The translations under genes were made by a program, and so were the position numbers. Below the pieces are notes generated by a model. The model was not told the DNA's origin and ran no database searches. It worked only from the letters and a program-made list of their open reading frames with translations. This document shows positions 19,344 through 29,702 of a stretch of DNA of 64,000 nucleotides, piece after piece (position 1 is the first letter of the stretch; every line of letters starts with the position of its first letter). Source of the stretch: Negativicutes bacterium (GTDB lineage: Bacteria > Bacillota > Negativicutes > UBA1444); NCBI GenBank assembly GCA_963665275.2, contig CAXXIN010000019.1, forward strand, positions 64,001-128,000. Direction: 5' to 3'.

Positions 19344-20507
19344 TTAGTGCAACAGTTTTTCATACAACCAATTTTTCTTAATATGAACCGCCTTTTGTGG
19401 GCACAACTCATGGCAGCAAAAACACCGGATACATTTCTCTGTATTTACTATCGGTCGGTGATTTTCCATGCTGATAGCTTTGGGCGGACAACTTTCCATG
19501 CACAAGCCGCAGGAAACACAAGCATTATAATCAAATACCGGCTTCGGCCGCATCTTGTGTAAAATAAAGTCTTGAATGAATGTAGGAACTCCTTTGATAC
19601 TTAAGCCTCCTATGGCATTGGTGCTTTGCGTAGCTGGAAGCTTAAAGGGTTCTATTTTTGTTGCATGTCGTTGTAGCCCTTTTAATTCGATTTCTGCCCA
19701 ATTGCCGCCAAAAATGTTTCTGTTCTTGGCTTCGACCATTGTTGGAACCGCTTCCGGATTCATGCCAATGGTATGAATTGCCGCAAAATCTACGGCGTAA
19801 GGATTAGCCGAAGCAAAAACAAGGCCGACATGCCTTTTGTCTCCCGCTGCCGGACCGTCCCCTTCCATTCCTTCCACGCCATCAATCACAGAAAAAACGG
19901 GTTTTACGTATTCACATATATCAACTAGTAGCGCCGCAAAGTTGTCTACATTGTTCATTTTTAGATGGTAATCAATTTTTGTGCGCCCAGGAATGACGCC
20001 AAACAGATTTTTTACCGCTCCCGTGTAGGTCATCATGGTATGAGTCTTCAATTTAGCAGCCGATACTACAAAATCGACATCATTAACTATCTTGATGATT
20101 TGCATGGCGGGAGCAATTCTGGCCGCTTCATTTTCTACTTCAATAACCGAGCAGTCATAATTCAATTCACAGCCCGTTTTGTTAGCAACCTCTACCATTC
20201 CCGTTATGTTATAAACCGAGTGCAAGAGCTTTTCATTAAAATTCAAAGCTGACCCGGGACTATCCCCAATAATCACCGAACATCCCAACGCCTGCAAATA
20301 TCGAACAATGGCCTCTACAACGCTGGGATGCGTCGTAATTGCTTCTTCCGGACTGTTGCCCCGCAAAAGATTTACCTTGACTAAAACCCTGGATTTAGAT
20401 TTAATTTTTTGTTTCATCTCTGGGATTTCATCAAGACACTGAAATATTGCTTTTTCGACATTGTCATATTGGTAATCTGTGCATCTGGCTATACTTACTA
20501 TATTCAT
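19344..20507 (-). CDS. DUF362 protein with C-terminal 2x[4Fe-4S] domain
   Basis: VLVKVN...TTHP, KLKTH...TGAVKNLFG, CVSCGLCMESCP and CIRCFCCHELCP. Confidence 0.88.
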   Translation of the reverse strand: MNIVSIARCTDYQYDNVEKAIFQCLDEIPEMKQKIKSKSRVLVKVNLLRGNSPEEAITTHPSVVEAIVRYLQALGCSVIIGDSPGSALNFNEKLLHSVYNITGMVEVANKTGCELNYDCSVIEVENEAARIAPAMQIIKIVNDVDFVVSAAKLKTHTMMTYTGAVKNLFGVIPGRTKIDYHLKMNNVDNFAALLVDICEYVKPVFSVIDGVEGMEGDGPAAGDKRHVGLVFASANPYAVDFAAIHTIGMNPEAVPTMVEAKNRNIFGGNWAEIELKGLQRHATKIEPFKLPATQSTNAIGGLSIKGVPTFIQDFILHKMRPKPVFDYNACVSCGLCMESCPPKAISMENHRPIVNTEKCIRCFCCHELCPQKAVHIKKNWLYEKLLH

Positions 20508-20605
20508 TCTAATTCCCCCCTACCTATTCACAATCTCGGCTAACGGTCTTCATGTTATAAAGTTTATATAGTTTCACAACTATCGAAATATAAAATTAAA
20601 AATTT

Positions 20606-20917
20606 TTAAGTTTGTCTCATTTGATCAGCAAACAGCTTGTTCACTTCAGCCACAGTTTCTTCTTTGACCTTAGCCGATAGATATTTCCCTTTTCGTTCCG
20701 TCGTGATCAATCCTGCATTCTCAAGCTCCTTGATGTGGTGTGAGATAGTAGGCGCACCAAGTTTGAGCGATTGGATCATATCTGTAACAAAGCATTCACA
20801 TTCACACCCTGTTTTAAACTCCGTTTCCCTCTTTTCGGCAATTTTGAAAAACAATTCTAATCGTTTCGGATGGGAAAGCGCTTTTAATATTTTTGCCAGT
20901 TTGACCGTATCCATCAT
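20606..20917 (-). CDS. ArsR/SmtB family transcriptional regulator (CECEC motif)
   Basis: LKALSHPKRL and PTISHHIKELENAGLI. GAGG RBS before MMDTVK. Confidence 0.88.
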   Translation of the reverse strand: MMDTVKLAKILKALSHPKRLELFFKIAEKRETEFKTGCECECFVTDMIQSLKLGAPTISHHIKELENAGLITTERKGKYLSAKVKEETVAEVNKLFADQMRQT

Positions 20918-20948
20918 ACTTGCTTCCTCCACAATTTCAAAACTACAT

Positions 20949-20964
20949 TTCGACAACCGTCGAA
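20949..20964. promoter_or_regulatory. Palindromic operator upstream of the ArsR gene
   Basis: TTCGAC-aacc-GTCGAA, with a degenerate copy (TTTCACAACTATCGAAA) at about 20572-20588 upstream of the DUF362-FeS gene. Confidence 0.65.
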
Positions 20965-21020
20965 TTAAATAGTAATTGCTTCGCCTGTTCATGTCAAGTA
21001 ACTTTCAATAAAAAATTAGC

Positions 21021-21845
<825 letters not shown>

Positions 21846-21875
21846 GGGTACCGCCAAAGCAAAAAGAGGACTAAA

Positions 21876-21917
21876 ACAAAACGAATGGCCGTCAAAAGCG
21901 ACGGCCATTCGTTTTGT
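21876..21917. terminator. Intrinsic terminator hairpin
   Basis: ACAAAACGAATGGCCGTC-aaaagc-GACGGCCATTCGTTTTGT. Confidence 0.8.
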
Positions 21918-21954
21918 CTATCCAGGTTTTAAAAATCCTTTTATGTTAGTCTTT

Positions 21955-21996
21955 AAGCACTACACATATTATACAAATATAATATGTGTAGTGCTT
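21955..21996. repeat. Perfect 19-bp AT-rich inverted repeat after purD
   Basis: AAGCACTACACATATTATA-caaa-TATAATATGTGTAGTGCTT. Confidence 0.9.
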
Positions 21997-22002
21997 TATT
22001 AT

Positions 22003-23289
22003 TTATTTTATATTTTTTTTATCATTTCTCAGTGCTCTATGAGCTATGTCCCTGCGGTATTGCATCCCTATGAAGTTTATTTGTTCCACAGCTGGATATA
22101 CCTTAGCCACAGCGGCGGCAATATCTGAGGCGACCGCGGTCACGCCCAGAACCCGGCCGCCGTTTGTCACAACTGTATCCCCCGACAAAGCCGTCCCCGC
22201 ATGAAAAACCACAGCATCTTTGGATGCGGCTGCCGCAAGTCCGCTGATCGCATCACCGCGACGATACTCAGCGGGATACCCACCTGCAGCCAGCACGACG
22301 CATACTGCTGCGCTGTTTTTCCAACGCACGTCACAGTCTGCCAACGTTCCCTCGATACAGGCTTCCAGAACCGGAACAAGATCGCCTTCGAGCAGCGGCA
22401 GTACCACCTGTGTCTCGGGATCGCCAAACCGTGCATTGAATTCGATCACCTTCGGTCCGTCGGCCGTAATCATCAGCCCGGCATAGAGGCAACCCTGATA
22501 GAGAATGCCGTCTTCCCGCATGCCATCGATCATCGGCTGCAGAATCGTGTCCTGAATCTGTTTCAACAGTTCCGGCGTGACTACCGGCGCTGGTGCGTAC
22601 GCCCCCATGCCGCCCGTATTTGGGCCTGTGTCGCCGTCGCCCACCCTTTTGTGATCCTGCGCCGCCACCATCGGGATTACAATGGTTCCATCCGTGAATG
22701 CCAGCAGTGATGCTTCTTCACCGAGCAGCAATTCCTCCAGCACGACCTGATTGCCGGCATCTCCATGCACGCGTTTCAGCATGATGTCATCAATCGCCGC
22801 AAGGGCCTCCTCAGCGCTCTGCGCCACCACCACGCCCTTGCCGGCGGCCAGACCGTCAGCCTTGACCACGATGCCACCCGCTTGTTTCCCGATATATTCC
22901 TTAGCTTCCGAAGCCGAAGAAAACACCGCAAAATCAGCGGTCGGAACGTGATATTTTTTCATCAGTTCTTTGGCAAACGTTTTGGAGCCTTCCAACAGCG
23001 CCGCTTCCTGCGTCGGTCCAAAGACCTTCAAGCCCTGTTGCGTGAAATAATTGACGATGCCATCAGTGAGCGGTTTTTCCGGACCGACAACCGTCAAATC
23101 AACATTGTGTTCACGGGCAAAACCGCACAACGCCTTAATATTATCTGCTGATATATTGACGCATTCCGCAATCTCACCGATTCCCGGATTGCCTGGCGCA
23201 CAATAGATTTTTTCAACCCGGGGACTCATGGCCAGTTTCCAGACCAGCGCATGTTCGCGGCCCCCGCCGCCAACGACCAGGATTCGCAT
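22003..23289 (-). CDS. purD: Phosphoribosylamine-glycine ligase
   Basis: GGGGREHAL, KADGLAAGKGV, QDHKR, NTGGMGAY and EFNARFGDPE. Confidence 0.97.
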   Translation of the reverse strand: MRILVVGGGGREHALVWKLAMSPRVEKIYCAPGNPGIGEIAECVNISADNIKALCGFAREHNVDLTVVGPEKPLTDGIVNYFTQQGLKVFGPTQEAALLEGSKTFAKELMKKYHVPTADFAVFSSASEAKEYIGKQAGGIVVKADGLAAGKGVVVAQSAEEALAAIDDIMLKRVHGDAGNQVVLEELLLGEEASLLAFTDGTIVIPMVAAQDHKRVGDGDTGPNTGGMGAYAPAPVVTPELLKQIQDTILQPMIDGMREDGILYQGCLYAGLMITADGPKVIEFNARFGDPETQVVLPLLEGDLVPVLEACIEGTLADCDVRWKNSAAVCVVLAAGGYPAEYRRGDAISGLAAAASKDAVVFHAGTALSGDTVVTNGGRVLGVTAVASDIAAAVAKVYPAVEQINFIGMQYRRDIAHRALRNDKKNIK

Positions 23290-23310
23290 ATCCAACCCTC
23301 CAGCTCTATC

Positions 23311-24854
23311 TCAATGTTTGAAGTGGCGCATCCCGGTAAAAACCATCGCGATACCGTGCTCATCCGCCGCAACTATTGACTCCTCATCCCGCACCGATCC
23401 ACCGGGCTGGATGATCGCCGTAATTCCGGCCTTAGCCGCTGCGTCCACCGTATCCCGGAACGGGAAGAATGCATCCGACGAGAGAACCGCACCCTTTGCT
23501 GCCTCACCGGCCTGCTTCAGGGCAATCTCGGCCGAGCCGACCCGGTTCATCTGTCCAGCTCCCACGCCGATGGTCCGCCCCTCACGTGCTACGACGATGG
23601 CATTGGACTTCACATGCTTCACAACTTTCCAGGCCAGTTCAAGTTCCCGTAATTCTACTGCAGTAGGAGCGCGCTTGGTGACGGTTTTCCATTCCGCAGG
23701 AGGGGTGTCCATGGTATCCGTCGTCTGAATCAGCATGCCCCCCCGATACTGTCTTGATATCATAACGTTGTTTGGCATTGGGCGCCGGCAGAGCCGCCTC
23801 AATCAGGCGCACGTTTTTCTTCGCAGCAAAGATCTCTAGTGCCGCTGGGTCAAAGGAAGGTGCGATGACCGCTTCCAGGAAGATTGTCGCCATCTGCCCG
23901 GCGGTCGCTACATCTACAGGTCGATTCAGGGCCACAATTCCACCGAAAGCTGAAACTGAATCGGCTTCATAGGCCAGTTTATAAGCCGCGGCGATATCAT
24001 CAGCCGTTGCCGTTCCGCAGGGATTGGTATGTTTGATAATGGCTGCAGCAGGACGATCGAACTCAGCCACGATGGACCAAGCCGACTCCAGATCAACGAT
24101 ATTATTGAAGGAAAGTTCTTTTCCAGCCAGTTGTTTTGCATGAGCTACGCCGCCTTTAGCCGAGTTGTCCCGATAAAAAGCCGCCGTCTGGTGAGGATTT
24201 TCGCCATACCGCAAGTCCTGCAGTTTTTCCCAGGGTTGGATCAGCGTCGAGGGATATTCCCCTTCGCCCGTCTGAGAAGAGAAGTAGCGGGAGATGGCCG
24301 CATCGTATTCCGCCGTATGTGTAAATGCCTCACGGACCAGCGCCAGCCTTGTTTCCGCTGTTACTTCACCGTGCTCGGCCAGTTCCGCCACCACGTCGTC
24401 ATATCGGTCCGGGTTGACGACAATCGTCACATACCGGAAATTTTTCGCAGCGCTGCGGACCATCGCCGGCCCGCCAATGTCGATATTCTCCACGGCTTCT
24501 TCCTGGGTCACACCGTTCTTGGCGATCGTTTCACGGAACGGGTACAGATTCACAACCACCAAATCGATGGGACGAATGCCGTGTTCCTCCATCGCCGCCG
24601 CATGCTCCGGATTGTCGCGCACCGCCAGGATACCGCCATGAATATAGGGATTCAGGGTTTTCACACGGACCATCCATCATCTCAGGGAACCCGGTAACTT
24701 CGCTGATATAGATGACCGGAATCCCGGCTTCCTGCAACGTTTTCATCGTGCCGCCTGTCGAGACGATCTCGACGCCCATCGCAACCAGCGCCTTGGCGAA
24801 GTCCACCAGGCCGCTCTTATCCGATACACTGATCAACGCTCGTTTCAATTTCAA
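23311..24854 (-). pseudogene. purH: Bifunctional AICAR transformylase/IMP cyclohydrolase, split by two +1 frameshifts (pseudogene or sequence error)
   Basis: Three consecutive fragments: [10 protein letters not shown]...GFPEMMDG | [12 protein letters not shown]...KTVSGG | MLIQ...RHFKH. Extra base at 24667-24668 and in the 7-C run at 23738-23744. TTG start overlaps the purN stop. Confidence 0.9.
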
Positions 24855-25498
24855 TGCCGTTCGCCTTCTTCCCTTGGATTTTGCCTGGGCGGCAATAGCT
24901 TCACAGCCCGCCCCTCCATGAGGATCCGTTCCTCGCAATAGAGCCTGACCGCCCTCACATAGAGGCGGTGCTCCAGATGCAGGATTCGTTCGGAAAGAGT
25001 CGCCACCGTATCATCCTCTTCAACAGGCACCGCTTCCTGCAAGATAATCGGGCCGGAATCCATTCCCTCGTCCACGAAGTGCACCGTTGCGCCCGATACC
25101 TTCACCCCGTACCGCAGGGCCTGTTCCTGTGCATCCAGGCCGGGAAAAGACGGCAGCAGCGCAGGATGGATGTTCATGACCCTCGCTGGAAAACGGTTGA
25201 TGAACTGTGGACTCAGTATCCGCATGAAACCCGCCAGCAAGACCAGCTCGACATGGTGCAGGTCCAGCTGCGCGATGATCGCTGCTTCGAATTCTTGTTT
25301 CGAGGCATACTTCTTGCGCTCCACAACTGCGGTCGGGATGTCCAGGCCTGCAACACGCCGCAGGGCGTTCGCTTCGGGGTTATCCGAGATCACGACGCCG
25401 ATCTTCGCGACAATACGGTCCGAATTGATCGCATCCACGATCGCCTGCAGATTGCTTCCCCGACCGGAAACCAGCACCCCCAGTACTTTTTTACGCAC
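24851..25498 (-). CDS. purN: Phosphoribosylglycinamide formyltransferase
   Basis: [25 protein letters not shown] and [12 protein letters not shown]. Confidence 0.97.
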   Translation of the reverse strand: MRKKVLGVLVSGRGSNLQAIVDAINSDRIVAKIGVVISDNPEANALRRVAGLDIPTAVVERKKYASKQEFEAAIIAQLDLHHVELVLLAGFMRILSPQFINRFPARVMNIHPALLPSFPGLDAQEQALRYGVKVSGATVHFVDEGMDSGPIILQEAVPVEEDDTVATLSERILHLEHRLYVRAVRLYCEERILMEGRAVKLLPPRQNPREEGERH

Positions 25499-26558
25499 CG
25501 AACGCCCCTCCCTTCAGTTCCACCGTCTGATCTCCCTTCACCACCTGACCGATCCGGTAGCAAAGTTCGCCCTGAGCGGTCAGCGCCCGATGAATCGCAG
25601 GCACATCCGCCTCCGCGACGACGAGGATCATGCCGATCCCCATGTTGAAAGTCCGGTACATTTCCGGCCAGGCGACATTTCCCCATTGCTGCAGCAGCGA
25701 AAAAATTAACGGTTTCGGCCAGTTTTCCGTATTCACCGTGACGCCGCAGCCTGCAGGCAAAACCCGGGGAATGTTATCATAAAAACCGCCGCCGGTGATA
25801 TGAACCATTCCCTTGATAGAAAAATTCTCGATCAACGGTAAACAGACTTTAGGGTAGAGACGAGTTGGGGTCAGCAGTTCTTCCCCAAGAGTTTTCCCCA
25901 GCTCCGGGATAAAAGAATCAAAGGAAAAGTTCTGATGGTCAAAGCAGATCTTCCGCACCAGGGAAAATCCATTGGAATGCACACCCGACGAAGGCAGCCC
26001 CAGCAACACATCGCCCGGAGCGATGGTGGCGCCGGTGATCAGCCTGGATTTCTCCGCCACGCCGACGGCAAAACCGGCAATATCATATTCGCCGTCCGGA
26101 TAAAATCCGGCCATCTCGGCGGTTTCGCCACCGATCAGTGCGCAGCCGGATTCCTTGCAGGCCCGGGCGACGCCGCCAACGATGTCGGCGACTTTCTCCG
26201 GTTCCAGTTTGCCGACGGCAACGTAGTCGAGGAAGAACAGCGGCTCCGCGCCCTGCACCAGAATGTCGTTGACACACATGGCCACGGCATCTTGCCCGAT
26301 GGTATCATGTTTATCCATCATGAACGCCAGTTTCAATTTGGTTCCCACGCCATCCGTCCCGGATACCAGGACCGGTTCGCTGTATTTTTGCGTATCGAGC
26401 GCGAACAGTCCGCCAAAGCCGCCGATGTCCGATAGAACTTCCCGACGGAACGTGGAGCGCACATGCGCCTTCATCAGTTCGACGGAGCGGTTTCCCGCGT
26501 CGATATCCACGCCGGCGTCACGATAGCTGAGCCCGGCGCCTGGCTGATTTTCCTTCAT
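25491..26558 (-). CDS. purM: AIR synthase
   Basis: YRDAGVD, TDGVGTK, GGETAEM, HITGGG and TFNMGIG. Confidence 0.97.
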   Translation of the reverse strand: MKENQPGAGLSYRDAGVDIDAGNRSVELMKAHVRSTFRREVLSDIGGFGGLFALDTQKYSEPVLVSGTDGVGTKLKLAFMMDKHDTIGQDAVAMCVNDILVQGAEPLFFLDYVAVGKLEPEKVADIVGGVARACKESGCALIGGETAEMAGFYPDGEYDIAGFAVGVAEKSRLITGATIAPGDVLLGLPSSGVHSNGFSLVRKICFDHQNFSFDSFIPELGKTLGEELLTPTRLYPKVCLPLIENFSIKGMVHITGGGFYDNIPRVLPAGCGVTVNTENWPKPLIFSLLQQWGNVAWPEMYRTFNMGIGMILVVAEADVPAIHRALTAQGELCYRIGQVVKGDQTVELKGGAFGA

Positions 26559-28027
26559 GAGCGCTTCCTCCCCTTCGGTTTTGGTAACTCGGCGCAGGCA
26601 TTTTCCTCAAAGATAAACTTGGATCCGGGATTCTCGCCCATGCAGGGAACCCGAGTGGGGTATTCTCCATTGAAACAGGCAGCGCACAAACCGCCTGTAT
26701 TCACATTTGGCACGCATTTACGCAGCCCTTCGATCGACAAATAATACAGGGAATCCACGCCGATATAGCGGCGAATCTGATCCACCGTCTTTGAACTGGC
26801 GATCAGCTCCTTGCGAACTGAGGTATCGATGCCATAGTAACAGGGATAAAGGATCGGCGGTGAGCTGACGCACATGTGGATTTTCTTTGCGCCGGCTTCG
26901 CGCAGCATTTTCACGATGCGCCCGCTGGTCGTGCCCCGGACGATCGAGTCATCCACCATGATGATCGACCGGCCCTCTACCGCCGAGCGGACGGCGTTGA
27001 GTTTAATTCGGACGCCTGCATCCCGTTTCTTCTGTTCAGGCTGAATGAAGGTCCGGCCGATATAGCGATTTTTCACCAGCCCTTCCTCAAAGGGAATCCC
27101 TGACTGGGCGCTGAATCCCAGTGCGGCCGTCGTACCGGAGTCCGGCACTGAAATGACAATGTCCGCTTTCAGGTTGCTCTCAATGGCCAGCTGCCGCCCC
27201 ATGGCCAGCCGCGCCTGATGCACGCTCTGTCCGTCAATCAGACTGTCCGGACGGGCGAAGTAAATATATTCGAACACGCATAACGCGGGTGGCTGTTTTT
27301 CTTTGTCGATGCGCCGGGAGCGCAGTTCCTTGCCGTCGATGATGACCATTTCACCAGGTTCGATGTCCCTGATCATTTTGGCATTGACTGCATCCAGGGC
27401 ACAGGACTCCGAGGCAATGACCCAGCCGCCATCCGGCAGCTTCCCGAGGCAGAGCGGCCGGAATCCATTGGGATCGCGCACGCCGATCAATTTGTCTTCG
27501 GTCATGATGACCAGACAATAGGCCCCGCTGACCTGAGCCATACTCTCAACGATCCGGTCTTCGGCGCTTTTTTTCTTCGAGCGGGCGATCAGGTTGACGA
27601 TGACCTCACTGTCGACAGTGGTCTGAAATACGCTGCCGCCTTGCTCCAGTTTTTTGCGCAGGGCCGGCGCATTGGTCAGATTTCCGTTGTGGGCCATGCT
27701 GATGCGGCCACCGGCGTAGGAAACCAAGAGCGGCTGAATGTTGGCCGCCAGACTGGAACCGGTCGTGGAATAGCGGACATGGCCGATGCCGATATGTCCC
27801 GGCATTTCCGGCATCGAGTCCCGGAACACCTCATTGACCAGACCCATGCCGCGGCGGATGTCCATTGCATAGCCGTTGGCCACGCAAATTCCCGCGCTTT
27901 CCTGACCCCGATGCTGCAAAGCATAGAGACCCCAGTAAGTATTCAGGGCAACATCTACACCTGGAGCGTAGATTCCAAAAATACCGCATTCTTCATGCAG
28001 TTTATCGAGACTCAAGACATCATGCAA
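26555..28027 (-). CDS. purF: Amidophosphoribosyltransferase (propeptide, Fe-S type)
   Basis: LHEE|[21 protein letters not shown]; Fe-S cysteines CVFE, PCYYG and CAAC. TTG start after GGAG. Confidence 0.96.
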   Translation of the reverse strand: MHDVLSLDKLHEECGIFGIYAPGVDVALNTYWGLYALQHRGQESAGICVANGYAMDIRRGMGLVNEVFRDSMPEMPGHIGIGHVRYSTTGSSLAANIQPLLVSYAGGRISMAHNGNLTNAPALRKKLEQGGSVFQTTVDSEVIVNLIARSKKKSAEDRIVESMAQVSGAYCLVIMTEDKLIGVRDPNGFRPLCLGKLPDGGWVIASESCALDAVNAKMIRDIEPGEMVIIDGKELRSRRIDKEKQPPALCVFEYIYFARPDSLIDGQSVHQARLAMGRQLAIESNLKADIVISVPDSGTTAALGFSAQSGIPFEEGLVKNRYIGRTFIQPEQKKRDAGVRIKLNAVRSAVEGRSIIMVDDSIVRGTTSGRIVKMLREAGAKKIHMCVSSPPILYPCYYGIDTSVRKELIASSKTVDQIRRYIGVDSLYYLSIEGLRKCVPNVNTGGLCAACFNGEYPTRVPCMGENPGSKFIFEENACAELPKPKGRKRS

Positions 28028-28097
28028 GATATCGTCTCCTTCCACACCTTCGCCAGCTCTTCAACCTTCGGCATGGCAATTACTCTGGCAATGAACA

Positions 28098-28808
28098 TCA
28101 AATTACTTCCCCGGTCAATCGCTTGAGGATCTCCCGATAAGCATCCTCGACGTTGCCGAGGTCACGGCGGAAGCGATCCTTGTCCAATTTTTGTTTTGTT
28201 TCGCTATCCCACAAGCGGCAAGTATCCGGCGAAATCTCGTCACCGAGGATGACTTTGCCTTTATGAACGCCAAACTCCAGTTTGAAGTCGATCAATTCAA
28301 TTTTTTTGGTCTGGAGATACGCTGACAAAACTTCATTGATTTTCAGCGCATAGGCTTCAATCTCTTTCATTTGTTCAGGTGTCGCCAGTCCCATCGCCTT
28401 GATATGGTACTCGTTGATCATCGGATCATGCAGGTCGTCATTCTTATAGTAGAGTTCCAGCACCGGCGTCGGCATTTTCGCGCCTTCTTCCCAGCCAATC
28501 CGCTTGGCCAGACTGCCTGCCGCGACATTGCGGACCACGACTTCCACCTTCAGAATGTCCAGAGCCTTGACGATCATTTCGCGATCACTGATCAGTTTGA
28601 CAAAGTGGTGCGGAATGCCGTGTTCAGCCAACAAATTGAAAAAGAAAGCCGAAACCTTGTTATTGATAATCCCCTTGTTGATGATGGTGCCGCGCTTGGC
28701 GCCGTCGAACGCAGTGGCGTCATCCTTGTAATATACGCGGTATTCATCGGGATTCGCCGTCGCGAACACCTTTTTGGCTTTTCCTTCATACAATTGTTTC
28801 TCTTCCAT
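28098..28808 (-). CDS. purC: SAICAR synthetase
   Basis: [23 protein letters not shown] and LDKDRFR. Confidence 0.97.
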   Translation of the reverse strand: MEEKQLYEGKAKKVFATANPDEYRVYYKDDATAFDGAKRGTIINKGIINNKVSAFFFNLLAEHGIPHHFVKLISDREMIVKALDILKVEVVVRNVAAGSLAKRIGWEEGAKMPTPVLELYYKNDDLHDPMINEYHIKAMGLATPEQMKEIEAYALKINEVLSAYLQTKKIELIDFKLEFGVHKGKVILGDEISPDTCRLWDSETKQKLDKDRFRRDLGNVEDAYREILKRLTGEVI

Positions 28809-28844
28809 TTTAGCACCCTCCAAAAAATAAAAATTTATTGACAG

Positions 28845-29336
28845 TTAGCCTTCCAGTTTGGCCGCCAGTTTCTGCGCCTTTTTCTCCACCTGTTCGGCCA
28901 TCGTTTTGCGATAGGCCCTGAGCTTGCGCTGCAGTGTCGGCGAAGCGGTCGATAGGACCTGCGCCGCGAACAGTCCCGCGTTCTTGGCGCCGTTGATCGC
29001 CATGCAGGCCACCGGGATTCCCGCCGGCATCTGAACGATGCTGAGCAAAGCGTCCATGCCGCCGAGAGAGGTGCTGTTAACCGGAACCCCGATCACCGGC
29101 AGTGTCGTATAGGCTGCCACCACGCCAGGCAGATGCGCCGCTGCGCCCGCTGCCGCAATGATCACTCCCACGCCGCGCCCCGCCGCGCCCTGAGCAAAGG
29201 TCTGCACTTTTTCCGGTGTACGGTGCGCGGAGGCCACGACGACTTCCGTCTCGATCCCCAGTTCCTTCAGAATGTCCACTGCGGGCGACATCACATCCCA
29301 GTCCGAATCACTTCCCATGATCATGGCGACTTTCAC
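28845..29336 (-). CDS. purE: N5-CAIR mutase / AIR carboxylase catalytic subunit
   Basis: MGSDSD, SAHRTPE and [14 protein letters not shown]. Confidence 0.97.
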   Translation of the reverse strand: MKVAMIMGSDSDWDVMSPAVDILKELGIETEVVVASAHRTPEKVQTFAQGAAGRGVGVIIAAAGAAAHLPGVVAAYTTLPVIGVPVNSTSLGGMDALLSIVQMPAGIPVACMAINGAKNAGLFAAQVLSTASPTLQRKLRAYRKTMAEQVEKKAQKLAAKLEG

Positions 29337-29379
29337 AACAGATCCTCCTTGCGAAACTTTTTCGTAGATAATCGCAGAT

Positions 29380-29433
29380 AAAAAACGGACGGGGAGCTTC
29401 GCACGACTTGAATCAGCGAAACCTCCCCGCCCG
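29380..29433 (-). terminator. Riboswitch-controlled intrinsic terminator
   Basis: CGGGCGGGGAG...CTCCCCGTCCG-TTTTTT. Its 5' arm is the 3' end of the aptamer, the layout of an ON switch. Confidence 0.85.
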
Positions 29434-29565
29434 GGCTTTTATCCCCTCGGTGTAGCGCCATAGCGCCTGTACCACTCGGTCACAGCCACCACCGGCATTG
29501 TCCGTTCTTTGAAAAAGAACGACACGGGCAACGTCGGCCGTGCGGAACCCTAGGCACACTTTCGC
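29416..29565 (-). ncRNA. ykkC-family riboswitch, PRPP-sensing subtype (2b)
   Basis: GCGAAAGUGUGCCUAGGGUUCCG...GACCGAGUGGUACAGG...ACACCGAGGGGAUAAAAGCCCGGGCGGGGAGGUUUCGC, with 5'/3' P0 pairing, upstream of purE. Confidence 0.9.
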
Positions 29566-29620
29566 ACGTAAGACTTTTGAGACAGCTCAAAAATATACGG
29601 CGGTTTTTTATTGCACCACC

Positions 29621-29650
29621 ATTGTATCAGTGAGCCGAAAATCATGTCAA
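29621..29650 (-). promoter_or_regulatory. sigmaA promoter of the pur operon
   Basis: TTGACA-N18-TACAAT with extended -10 TG. Confidence 0.8.
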
Positions 29651-29654
29651 CCCG

Positions 29655-29696
29655 AAAACGAACTTTAATTAAATTTCAACAAAAATTGTTCGGCAT
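29655..29696. promoter_or_regulatory. PurR operator (paired PurBoxes)
   Basis: CGAAC (29659-29663)-N24-GTTCG (29688-29692), the Bacillus PurR GAAC-N24/25-GTTC arrangement, immediately upstream of the -35. Confidence 0.8.
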
Positions 29697-29702
29697 TTAC
29701 GA

